From the NCBI GenBank assembly GCA_024405395.1, contig JAKSOW010000002.1, forward strand, positions 1-62,796: a DNA stretch of 62,796 nt, in the 5' to 3' direction. The stretch is from Kiritimatiellia bacterium. Its GTDB lineage: Bacteria > Verrucomicrobiota > Kiritimatiellia > RFP12 > UBA1067. A program made the position numbers and the translations under genes. Under the pieces are notes generated by a model. That model was not told where the DNA came from. It was given only the letters and a program-made list of their open reading frames with translations, and did not search any database. Below, piece by piece: positions 43,901 through 51,904 of this stretch (within the stretch, counting starts at the first letter, position 1; every line of letters begins with the position of its first letter).

Positions 43901-44735
43901 GAAGAACATGCTCGTCACCTACGTCTACAAGGGCGAGACCAATGCTCTTGAACTGGGCGAGCACAAGCGCTTGGCTGTGCCAGCGGACAAGGTTCCGGTC
44001 GTTCTGCCGGGACTGGAATGGCGGGCTGGACGGCCCTGGGCGTGGCAGACGCTCACCGCCGCGCTCAAGATGTCGGACGGTGCGGAGCGGAAGCTCGTTG
44101 CCGATGTGCCGGCGCCTGTGGTGGTTAATGGCGCCTGGGAAGTGATGTTCCCACACGCCTTTTTGCCGAATGCGCTGCCTGCGGCGCAGGGAACTCGCGA
44201 AAGGGTGGTCTTTGACGCGCTCGTCTCCTGGCCGGAACGCGCGGAGAAGGGCGTCAAGTATTTCTCGGGCACAGCTGTCTATAAAAAGAAGCTGTCCGTG
44301 AACGTCCCCAAGGGTGCACGCGTGATCCTTGATCTGGGTGTTGTGCGCGAGGTGGCGGAGGTGACTGTGAACGGTCGTACGTTCACGCCGTTGTGGAAGC
44401 CGCCGTTCCGTGTGGATATCACGGAGGCTCTGGATCCCGATGCGTCCGCGGCCACAATCGATTTGGCGGTCAAGGTGGCCAATCTCTGGGCCAACCGGCT
44501 GATCGGCGACGACGTCGAACATGCGGAAGACTGTGAATGGTCTGGCAAGGTGCTTCATGGCGTGAAGGAAATTGGCGTCAAGGCGATTCCCGAGTGGGTG
44601 AAGAAGGGGCAGCCTTCGCCTACCGGACGATGCACCTTCACCACCTGGAAGCATTGGGACAAGCATGATCCGCTGCAGCCATCAGGCCTGCTGGGACCCG
44701 TGCAATTGCGTTTTGTGATGCCGCTGCCGCGCTAA
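40950..44735 (+). CDS. large secreted glycoside hydrolase (GH106/alpha-L-rhamnosidase-like with GH2-type sugar-binding C-terminal module); family uncertain
   Basis: FRNPPPEARPHTWYHMMNGNVTKAGITRDFEALAEAGIGGVQMFD is the characteristic N-terminus of this large hydrolase class. VKYFSGTAVYKKKLSV...VAEVTVNGRTF resembles the GH2 sugar-binding domain. Confidence 0.45.
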   Translation: MDMHYLRFSAMLVMAVSSVVWADSLEDGFRNPPPEARPHTWYHMMNGNVTKAGITRDFEALAEAGIGGVQMFDAGCNIPPGGLDFNSPEWFEMFHHAAAEARRLGLEICIPNCSGWSSSGGPWNPASNAMKRVVFTETHVMGPKTFVGKLPRTGNDNGFYDDIAVLAFPRPACELDATKLPVGKLTTDLKPEGTGDAAKRLADGSGKSVFTLRRGENKPNVFTLAYEQPVTAVALTFQMAGGDTWSGRYWLALEVSQEEGEFRPVFRRSFVHAQSGGADTAIRHAAFGKALTFRALRVTITCPEGGSHPEPYLLGELAPVNYRRVADVAAKTFQIRRGVTSDSIAADYGQVVPKAAIQDITAKMASDGTLTWQVPAGAWSILRVGYICNGRCNHPASDHGRGLEVDKLSASAMDYHFEQYVARLCRTLGPLAGNVKSGFNNILVDSYEVGSQNWTLGLEREFMHRQGYDLKTYLPAFAGYVVESVAETDRALEDFRRTVADLFAENYAGALAVKCRQYGLQCSIEPYGNCPSDNLQYGEYVDIPMGEFWSDASNPYLTSAGNSKFVSHIAHVWGRKFCATESFTASPRGGAGRWRTVPFSIKAQGDRAYAQGINRIIYHRFTHQPWADDKYLPGMTMGRWGMHLDRTQTWWPYAQPWFLYQTRCQYMLQQGTFAADVLFFCGEQAPNQGGNTDGGAESSRFFSLPEGYDHDVCPTDAMYALKVVDGRVVVPGGVSYRLLAIPPLEAMTPKMVRQIAKLQAEGATIVWAKAPSRAPGLACGAAGDDEVRRLADEVFAAGAFKGTPAQALKKFAVSPDVVAVARTLPRGMANNWAWLHRRSSAADWYFLSMPNRVRAEVEFSFRQSGRVPELWNAETGTMTAAPVWREEAGRTFVTVPLEVCGSMFVVFRKPVKDKHLVSCAVQVSVPKMAAKASSDLVFLSALYGVDGRRKDLTAKLNAIAAQQGCVDEIVNNVLADGDPAPNVVKNMLVTYVYKGETNALELGEHKRLAVPADKVPVVLPGLEWRAGRPWAWQTLTAALKMSDGAERKLVADVPAPVVVNGAWEVMFPHAFLPNALPAAQGTRERVVFDALVSWPERAEKGVKYFSGTAVYKKKLSVNVPKGARVILDLGVVREVAEVTVNGRTFTPLWKPPFRVDITEALDPDASAATIDLAVKVANLWANRLIGDDVEHAEDCEWSGKVLHGVKEIGVKAIPEWVKKGQPSPTGRCTFTTWKHWDKHDPLQPSGLLGPVQLRFVMPLPR

Positions 44736-44742
44736 ATTACCC

Positions 44743-44772
44743 TTGCCTAACACGGGCATTGTATGGGATAAT
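44743..44772 (+). promoter_or_regulatory. candidate extended -10 sigma-70 promoter for the ferredoxin-permease pair
   Basis: TTGCCT (44743-44748), 18-nt spacer ending in TGg, then GATAAT (44767-44772). A strong AGGAGA ribosome-binding site lies 7 nt before the ATG at 44814. Confidence 0.4.
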
Positions 44773-44813
44773 ATTCGCGTTTTCGAAAACAACCCGATTA
44801 AGGAGAATTCAAA

Positions 44814-44984
44814 ATGGCTCACAAGATTGATGCTGAAAAGTGCGTTGCTTGCGGCTGCTGCAAGGATGCTTGCCCGGCCGAGGCGATTTCCGAGGGTGCC
44901 GCCTACTCGATCGACGCTGACAAGTGCGTTGACTGCGGCGCTTGCGCGGCGACCTGCCCGAACGAAGCGATTGCCCCGGCGTGA
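44814..44984 (+). CDS. 2x[4Fe-4S] ferredoxin, 56 aa (absent from ORF track)
   Basis: My own translation is MAHKIDAEKCVACGCCKDACPAEAISEGAAYSIDADKCVDCGACAATCPNEAIAPA. It has two CxxCxxCxxxCP motifs, an AGGAGA RBS, and a stop at 44982-44984. Confidence 0.85.
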   Translation: MAHKIDAEKCVACGCCKDACPAEAISEGAAYSIDADKCVDCGACAATCPNEAIAPA

Positions 44985-45823
44985 TTGACTTCCTCGTAGA
45001 GAACCTGCTCCTTCTCCCATTCCTGTTTCCGGCGTATCTGGTGCTGGAGTGGGTGGAGGCGCACGCAGGCGATGCGCTCGAGCAGAAGCTCGGGCGCGTC
45101 AGTCATTTGGGGCCTCTCTTCGGGGCCTTCGCCGGTGTGGTGCCGCAGTGCGGTTTTTCGGCGGCGGCGGCGTCCCTCTATGCGGGAGGGGTGGTCTCGC
45201 TGGGCACGCTCATTGCGGTGTTCCTGTCCACCTCCGATGAACTCATCCCGATTCTGCTGGCGGAGTCGCGGGTGTCCACTTTGTTTCTGACGAAGCTGAT
45301 TGTGGCCAAGGTCGTGTTCGCCGTGTTGGCCGGCTTTCTCGTCAATGCGTTTCTCTATGCCATCGGGCGGCGCGGCCCCTCGCCGCATGTGGGCGAGCTT
45401 TGTGCGCACAGTCGGTGCAGCTGTGCCGAGCGGAAGGGCATATTGGTGCCGGCGCTCATCCACACGGTGGAGATCTTCGTCTTTCTGCTTGTTGTATCAG
45501 GTGTGCTGCACGTGGTGTTGGAGCATTTCGGCGGCGAGGATGCCCTCGCGGGATTTGTGCTCAATCGGCCCATTGTCGGCGAACTTCTGTCCGGCCTTCT
45601 GGGGCTGGTGCCGAACTGCGCGGCCTCGGCGGCCTGCGCCAAGCTCTATGCGGCCGGCGGCATGAGTGCCGGGGCGCTGATGGCCTCGTCCTTGACGGGG
45701 GCTGGCGTGGGTCTGCTGGTGCTTTTCCGTTCGCATCGTCACCAGCTGCAGAATGTGGCGATTTTGGCATCGGTCTACGCGTTTGGCGTGCTGTTTGGTT
45801 GCCTTTATGATTTTCTGTTCTAG
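44981..45823 (+). CDS. polytopic membrane protein with internal two-fold repeat, resembling the ArsP_2 (putative 10-TM heavy-metal exporter) family
   Basis: The GTG at 44981 overlaps the ferredoxin stop (GTGA). Repeated halves are GVVPQCGFSAAAASLYAGG and GLVPNCAASAACAKLYAAG. A Cys-rich loop reads CAHSRCSC. Confidence 0.45.
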   Translation: MIDFLVENLLLLPFLFPAYLVLEWVEAHAGDALEQKLGRVSHLGPLFGAFAGVVPQCGFSAAAASLYAGGVVSLGTLIAVFLSTSDELIPILLAESRVSTLFLTKLIVAKVVFAVLAGFLVNAFLYAIGRRGPSPHVGELCAHSRCSCAERKGILVPALIHTVEIFVFLLVVSGVLHVVLEHFGGEDALAGFVLNRPIVGELLSGLLGLVPNCAASAACAKLYAAGGMSAGALMASSLTGAGVGLLVLFRSHRHQLQNVAILASVYAFGVLFGCLYDFLF

Positions 45824-45850
45824 ATTGTCTTGAATGAGGAGGGAAAGCGG

Positions 45851-48214
45851 ATGATGGCAAAATCATTTTCAACTTTTTCCATGGCTGTGCTTGCCGCCGT
45901 TTGCGTCCTGCGTGGCGCCTCGGCGGCCTCGCAGACGGCCTACCTCAAGGGCACGGATGATGTGGGCTACTCGGCCATGACCAATGCGGCCAAGTGGGGA
46001 ATCGGGTCGGCTACCGGTGCTGCGCTTGGCGCTGTGGGGCAGGAGCTTCCCGCCGATTGCGACTATGTGGTGCAGAGACTCGGCATTCGTACGCCGTTCT
46101 ACGACTTCACTTTCCCTGGGGCGTCTTTGACGTTGACGGACGGGGCAACCTTCAATTTCCTGCAGGGGTCAGTCGGACGCACCTATACCTTCCCCAATCT
46201 GATTTTGGCGGGAGGTACGATGATGAATCTTGCGGGTTCGCAGGCACCGACCGTCAAGGGCTCGGTCACTGTGACGGCGCCAGAGACGGCGCCTTTCACT
46301 ATTGCCGACATCCATGCGTCGCCTGCCATCACGATTGATGCCGCCGTCCATGGCGACAGCTCAGCGGCGCTTTGGCTCTATGCGCGGCGCGACCATGGGT
46401 CCACGTCCTGGAAAAACACGAACTCCACAATCTGCTTTACGGATGACGCGCTTGCCGACTATGCGGGATTGATCACCGTGGCGCAGTTCATGTATATGAA
46501 CCGCTCGCTGGTGACCTCTGCCGTCATCCGCGCCGAATTGCGTTCGGGAAACGTGGTTTCCCCGGCGCGTGTCGAAGTGCGCCGCCATTGCCATGTGGGC
46601 GCGCTTGACGCGGATGATGTGGCGAACTTCCAGTCGCTGGCGCTGGCGGATGAGGCGGTGCTGGATGTGCCTTGTGCGGGAGGTTCGGCAGGTGTGCTGA
46701 AGGTGGCTGGCACGTTCACGCGGGCGGGCAAGGTGAAAGTGAATCTTCTACGGACAGCTGCGCTGACGGGCGACCGTGAGCTGCCGATTCTCGTAGTCCC
46801 GGCGGGCAGCACGTTGTCTCTCGACGATTTCGAGCTGGTGGCGCCGCTGGACATCGTGGCCGACCTTCAGGTGCATGAGAACGAGGCCGGACTTCCCACG
46901 TTGTTTTTGCGCTGGTGGACGGAAGCAATCATACAGAAGGTTGCGGACGCCTATACTTCCGTCTCAAAGGAAAAATTCTACACCTTCTATTCGGGCGATC
47001 ATTGGGAAAACGGCGAGGAGCCCCGGCCCGACCGCATCTATCGGTCTGATCTTGAGATGCGCAACGACAGCCCAACTGGCACCGTGACGCGTTTCGCGGG
47101 ACGTGCCTTGCTTAAGTCGGGTTCGTTTGATCTTTTCGGCGATCTCACGATAGACGACTTGCGCCTTTGCGGCGGTACGTCAATCACGGCCTATTCGCTG
47201 TTCTGCTCCATTAGCGGCTGCATCATCGCGGACAGTTCGCTCATGGCTGGCAATAATCTCTCGTTCCCGGCCATGAACAAGCGCACAACAACCGTCTACG
47301 CGTCGATTGTCGGCGATCGGAACGTCAATGTCGCCACTTCCGCTTCGGCGACGGAAACAGATTCGAGCAAGTTGCAGATGGGCTATGTGCGGCTCATGGG
47401 CGACAATTCCAGGCATACAGGCAGCTATAATTTCTACAACAACCTAGGCAGTGCGCCCCGCGTGGACTGGGGGCCGATTGTCTCGGTTGGCCGAGCCGAG
47501 GCCTTGGGCGGCCCGATGCCGGCCTGGACCTACAACGGACATCGTCTGCAGCACTACACCCAGCTTGTGCCGCTTGCCACGATGACGTTGGATCGGCAGA
47601 ATTGCGGGTTCATGGTTGACGGGCCGTCCTACATCGTTTGCTCGAATGGGGTTGCGTTCACGTTGCGGGAACGCATTTGCTGGAAAGGCTTGCTGACGAA
47701 AAAGGGCGAAGGAACATTGGCTTTAGGCGGTCCTGCGCCAACCTTCGGCACGGCTACGGGTACGACGCCCACAGCGGATCAGAATCGTCTAGTTGTGGCC
47801 GAGGGCGCGTTGAAGGTGGATTCGGCCGAGGCGTTCCAGGGTACGCAGGTGGAGATGGCCGAAGGCACGGAACTGATCGTGAACCTGCCGACGGAGGTCG
47901 GAAGCGCGTTAGCCACCTATGGTCTGAAGAACACCCTGTGGGACAATGCGCTGCTGTTGCCCGAAGGCGGCGTGACGGTGCGTATCGAGGACGCGTCTGG
48001 TGCTACCCAGCCGGCGACGGGTGGATCTCGGCCGATTCGCGTGCCCATCTGCACGGTAAGCGCCACGGCGGCGGCTCGCGTACGCGGGCGGCTGCGTCTG
48101 GCAAAGTCGCCGTATGCGGGCTATGGGCTGACCTTGCAGGAAACCGTCAATGGCGACGGCAGTGTGACGTTTGCCGTGTTGTTCCAAAAGGGAACGATGA
48201 TTTTGTTCCGGTGA
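45851..48214 (+). CDS. secreted PATR-repeat protein (paralog P4)
   Basis: The ATG at 45851 follows GGAGGG. Signal peptide MMAKSFSTFSMAVLAAVCVLRGASA. PATR unit LTKKGEGTLALGG...VAEGALKV. The C-terminal tail GSVTFAVLFQKGTMILFR is shared with P1-P3. Confidence 0.7.
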   Translation: MMAKSFSTFSMAVLAAVCVLRGASAASQTAYLKGTDDVGYSAMTNAAKWGIGSATGAALGAVGQELPADCDYVVQRLGIRTPFYDFTFPGASLTLTDGATFNFLQGSVGRTYTFPNLILAGGTMMNLAGSQAPTVKGSVTVTAPETAPFTIADIHASPAITIDAAVHGDSSAALWLYARRDHGSTSWKNTNSTICFTDDALADYAGLITVAQFMYMNRSLVTSAVIRAELRSGNVVSPARVEVRRHCHVGALDADDVANFQSLALADEAVLDVPCAGGSAGVLKVAGTFTRAGKVKVNLLRTAALTGDRELPILVVPAGSTLSLDDFELVAPLDIVADLQVHENEAGLPTLFLRWWTEAIIQKVADAYTSVSKEKFYTFYSGDHWENGEEPRPDRIYRSDLEMRNDSPTGTVTRFAGRALLKSGSFDLFGDLTIDDLRLCGGTSITAYSLFCSISGCIIADSSLMAGNNLSFPAMNKRTTTVYASIVGDRNVNVATSASATETDSSKLQMGYVRLMGDNSRHTGSYNFYNNLGSAPRVDWGPIVSVGRAEALGGPMPAWTYNGHRLQHYTQLVPLATMTLDRQNCGFMVDGPSYIVCSNGVAFTLRERICWKGLLTKKGEGTLALGGPAPTFGTATGTTPTADQNRLVVAEGALKVDSAEAFQGTQVEMAEGTELIVNLPTEVGSALATYGLKNTLWDNALLLPEGGVTVRIEDASGATQPATGGSRPIRVPICTVSATAAARVRGRLRLAKSPYAGYGLTLQETVNGDGSVTFAVLFQKGTMILFR

Positions 48215-48241
48215 GCAGGATATTGAAGGAGTTGGAGAATC

Positions 48242-49618
48242 ATGGACAAGAAAGCTGTTGAGAGTTATTGTCGGGAATACATGGACTTCCTCGCGAAGGC
48301 CAAGACGGAGCGGCGCGCCTATGCGGCGGCGGTGGAGCTGCTGACCAAGGCCGGTTTCAAGGAGATCACTTCGGTCAAGAAACTGAAGGCCGGCGACAAA
48401 GTGTATCGTGGCTACCACGGCAAGACGCTCATGGCGTGTGTGATCGGCAAGAATGCCACCGCCACGGGTCTCAAGGTCGTGGGCGGCCACACGGATGCGC
48501 CGCGGTTGGACCTCAAGCCCCGGCCTGTCTACGCCAAGGACGGCGTGGTGTATTTCGACACGCACATGTACGGCGGCATCAAGAAGTATCAGTGGCTGGT
48601 CATGCCGCTCGCGCTCTACGGCGTGATCGTGCGCAAGGACGGCTCCAAGGTGGAAGTCGCCGTGGGCGACAAGCCCGAGGATCCGGTCTTCATGATCTCC
48701 GACATCCTGCCGCACCTCGGCAAGGATCAGGCGCAGAAGACGCAGAAGGACTTCTTCCCCGCCGAGGATCTGGACGTCATCGCGGCGACGGACGCCGACC
48801 ACGCCTATGCCGCCAAGGAGGGTGAGGCTCTGGGCAAGATCACGGATGCCGCCCGCGACAATCTCGTGAAGCTCCTGAAGAAGACCTACAACGTCACGGA
48901 GGAGGATCTGCTCTCCGCCGAGCTGGAGATCGTGCCGGCGGGGCTGCCGCGCGAGGTCGGATTTGACCGTTCGCTCATCGCGGCCTACGGCCATGACGAC
49001 CGCGTGTGCGCCTATGCGGGCCTTTCGGCGCTGCTGGACGTCGCGAAGGCCAAGACGCCGCCCGCAAAGACCTGCGCCTGCATCCTCTGCGACAAGGAGG
49101 AGATCGGTTCTACCGGCGCAAGCGGCATGGAAAGCTCGTTTTTCGAGAACACGGTCGCAGAGTTGCTGGACCGCGAGAATTCCGCCGCGCGGGATATCGA
49201 CGTGCGCCGTGCGCTGGAGGCTTCGTCCATGCTTTCGGCCGACGTGACGGCGGCGGCGGATCCACACTTCAGCGATGTCGACTCCACCGGCAACGAGGCG
49301 CGTCTCAACAAGGGCCCCTGCGCCTCCAAATACACGGGCGGCGCCTCCAAGAGCGGTGCCAGCGACTGCCGTGCCGAATTCATCGCCGACATCCGCCGGA
49401 TGATGGAGGCCGAGAAGGTCGTGTGGCAGATGGCCGAGCTCGGCAAGGCCGAGAAGGGCGGCGGCGGCACGATCGCGATGTTCATGGCGCGCTTCGGCAT
49501 GGACGTGCTTGATTTCGGCACACCGCTTCTCAACATGCACGCGCCGTGGGAACTCGCCTCGAAGATCGACTGCCACCAGACCAAGTGTGCCTACCTCGCT
49601 TATTTCCGCGGAAAATAA
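48242..49618 (+). CDS. M18-family aminopeptidase
   Basis: VGGHTDAPRLDLKPRP, YGHDDRVCAY, CDKEEIGSTG and GGGGTIA match the M18 (aspartyl aminopeptidase / aminopeptidase 1) metal-ligand blocks. Confidence 0.85.
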   Translation: MDKKAVESYCREYMDFLAKAKTERRAYAAAVELLTKAGFKEITSVKKLKAGDKVYRGYHGKTLMACVIGKNATATGLKVVGGHTDAPRLDLKPRPVYAKDGVVYFDTHMYGGIKKYQWLVMPLALYGVIVRKDGSKVEVAVGDKPEDPVFMISDILPHLGKDQAQKTQKDFFPAEDLDVIAATDADHAYAAKEGEALGKITDAARDNLVKLLKKTYNVTEEDLLSAELEIVPAGLPREVGFDRSLIAAYGHDDRVCAYAGLSALLDVAKAKTPPAKTCACILCDKEEIGSTGASGMESSFFENTVAELLDRENSAARDIDVRRALEASSMLSADVTAAADPHFSDVDSTGNEARLNKGPCASKYTGGASKSGASDCRAEFIADIRRMMEAEKVVWQMAELGKAEKGGGGTIAMFMARFGMDVLDFGTPLLNMHAPWELASKIDCHQTKCAYLAYFRGK

Positions 49619-49656
49619 CCCTTTAACCTTTTAACCCTAATATCGGAGAAACATCC

Positions 49657-50562
49657 ATGCTCAAGCAAGCCTACGTCAACGGTCAGCCCATTTCACGCGA
49701 AGCGGTTCAGTTCGAACTGGAGCGTCTCGTCAAGTTCTACACGAGCCACGGGATGCGCCCGGACGAGATCAAGAAGAACATGGACAAGCTCGTGGAGAAG
49801 GCACAGGAGCAGGCCATTGGCGCGAAGCTCCTGCTTGACCGTGCCGCGCAGCTGGACATGCCGGTGCCCGAGAGCGCCCTGGATGCCCAGATCGACCAGA
49901 TTGTGCAGCAGGTGGGCGGGCGCGACAACTTCGCCAAGGCGCTGGCCGCCCAGAAGATGACGGAAGAGGCGCTGCGCAAGGAGCTTGTGAAGGGCTGCCG
50001 CGTGGATGCGCTGGTGCAGCAGGCCTGTTCGGGCGTCGAAGAACCGACGGAGAAGGATGTGTCGGACTACTATCAGGCGCATGCGACGGAGTTCGTCACC
50101 GATCCGCAGGTGCTGGCCCAGCACATCCTCGTGAAGACCGAAGGTCTGGACGCTGCCGACAAGGCTCAGGCGCTGGAGAAGATCAAGGCCATCCGTGCGC
50201 GCATCCTCAAGGCGGGCGATCCCGGTGAAGTGGGCCAGGCGTTCTGCAAGGAAGCCAAGGAGAATTCCGACTGCCCGTCCGGCGCCGAGGGCGGTTCGCT
50301 TGGTTGGTTTGGCCGTGGCATGATGGTGCCCGAGTTCGATCAGGCGGCCTTCTCGATGAAGTGCGGCGAGATCTCCGACGTGATCGAGACGCAGTTCGGC
50401 TACCACATCATCCTCAAGACGGATGAGAAGGCTGGTGGTGCGCAGACGCTCGTGGATGTGGCCGACCAGATCAAGGACCTGCTTCGCCACGAGGCCCGTG
50501 GCCGCGCAATGGACGCCTATGTCGCGGAATTGCGCGAGAAGGTGACCATCGAATACAAGTAA
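49657..50562 (+). CDS. parvulin-type peptidyl-prolyl cis-trans isomerase (PrsA/SurA-like)
   Basis: HILV...GGSLGWFGRGMMVPEFDQAAF...ISDVIETQFGYHIILK is the rotamase (PpiC) domain. Confidence 0.85.
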   Translation: MLKQAYVNGQPISREAVQFELERLVKFYTSHGMRPDEIKKNMDKLVEKAQEQAIGAKLLLDRAAQLDMPVPESALDAQIDQIVQQVGGRDNFAKALAAQKMTEEALRKELVKGCRVDALVQQACSGVEEPTEKDVSDYYQAHATEFVTDPQVLAQHILVKTEGLDAADKAQALEKIKAIRARILKAGDPGEVGQAFCKEAKENSDCPSGAEGGSLGWFGRGMMVPEFDQAAFSMKCGEISDVIETQFGYHIILKTDEKAGGAQTLVDVADQIKDLLRHEARGRAMDAYVAELREKVTIEYK

Positions 50563-50599
50563 GTGGCTTGAGGCCCTGAATCGGACATCCCAGGGGAAT

Positions 50600-51904
50600 A
50601 TGCATATGCGCGCCCAGGTTGGATTCGGATTGGCAACGCTGGTGTTGGCTTTTGCCGGAATTGCGGCAGTGACGCCGGAGACCTCTCGGCTGTTTGATCG
50701 GTACGTCGATCCGCAGTCGGGAGTCGTCTCCTATATGCTCAAACCGGGGCTGGTGGCCGACAATCAGCAGAGCATCTACTTCACCGCCAAGTCGATGACG
50801 GACGATGGTCGCTTCCTCGTGTTCTGGACCAGCGCCAATGAGTTCAAGCTCGTCAACGGGAAGAAGCCTTCTGGACGCCAGGCGACGGCGATTGTGGATT
50901 TTGAGAAGGATGAGATCGTCAAATTGGATGATCTGCCTGCCTCAACGCCGTTCATCGACGTGAAGACAGATCAGATGTGGTATGTCTCCCAGACGCCGCC
51001 GCGCATCTGCCGCCGCGATCTAAAGGTTGATCCGCGCCGTGAAATCACCGCGTGCGCCATTCCCACCAATGTGCTGCTATCCGCAGGGGAGCGTGTGGCC
51101 TACTACTGCACGCACATCACGCTGACCAAGGCCCGCGACAAGGCCTTTCTCGATCTGGGGATTCGTGTGACGCCTGATGTCCTAAAGGCCCGGGGTGTGT
51201 CAGACCCCAAGACGGCCGGTTTGGACGAGACCTGTCGGTTTGTTGAGGGTACGCTCGATCTCAAGACGGGAGCCTGGGAAGAATGGTGCCGCGCGCCGTT
51301 CTACTGCAACCACGGCCAGCTCAATCCGCAGGACGACAACTTGGCGATGTGCGCCTGGGAAAAGTGCTGGCGCAGCAAGGAAGCCATGCGTTGGCGCGAG
51401 ATCAGTGAAGTCTATCCCCGGATCTGGCTTTTCCGCAAGGGACGGCGGCCCGAGCTCATCGTGCCTGAACTGCGCAATGGCGCCACGCATGAGGCGTGGG
51501 ATGCAGACGGCAAAGGCTTCTACTGGTGTGCTGGCGGCGTATACCACTGCGAGCTGGAATCGCGCAAACAGGAAGTGATTTGCCCCCTTAGGGCTTCTCA
51601 TGCGGCCAAGTCGGCCAATAACCGGTACATTACCTTTGACGATCCCGTGGGGACATGGTATCGGGGCTGTTCCTGGCGTGTGGGATTCTGGAACCGCGAT
51701 ACCCAGCAGGGCGTCTACATCCATTCCAAACGGCCGTCGCTCTGCCCGCAGGATGACGGCTGGCATCACCATCCTGATCCGCATCCGCATTTCGTGTGCA
51801 ATGACCGCTATGTGGTGTGCACCATCAACAACGCGGATGGCCATATGGACCTCACCATCACCCCGGTGGCGCAGCTGGTGGAGAAGACAAAAGTCGCCAA
51901 ATGA
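50600..51904 (+). CDS. signal-anchored beta-propeller protein, oligogalacturonide-lyase (PL22)-like
   Basis: DPQSGVVSYMLKP...NQQSIYFTAKSMTDDGRFLVF and HHHPDPHPHFVCNDRYVV resemble the N- and C-terminal blocks of Ogl-type lyases. Weak call. Confidence 0.4.
   Translation: MHMRAQVGFGLATLVLAFAGIAAVTPETSRLFDRYVDPQSGVVSYMLKPGLVADNQQSIYFTAKSMTDDGRFLVFWTSANEFKLVNGKKPSGRQATAIVDFEKDEIVKLDDLPASTPFIDVKTDQMWYVSQTPPRICRRDLKVDPRREITACAIPTNVLLSAGERVAYYCTHITLTKARDKAFLDLGIRVTPDVLKARGVSDPKTAGLDETCRFVEGTLDLKTGAWEEWCRAPFYCNHGQLNPQDDNLAMCAWEKCWRSKEAMRWREISEVYPRIWLFRKGRRPELIVPELRNGATHEAWDADGKGFYWCAGGVYHCELESRKQEVICPLRASHAAKSANNRYITFDDPVGTWYRGCSWRVGFWNRDTQQGVYIHSKRPSLCPQDDGWHHHPDPHPHFVCNDRYVVCTINNADGHMDLTITPVAQLVEKTKVAK

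Noticed and set aside
44942-44980. N-terminal extensions proposed by the ORF track (here 44942; also 515, 10271, 23094, 26212, 27716, 38683, 39000, 51817, 53966, 56773)
   Set aside because: Each extension overlaps the preceding gene or a terminator, encodes Arg/Pro-rich filler, and is followed by an internal start that yields a signal peptide, a conserved family N-terminus or a stop-start overlap. The internal starts were used.
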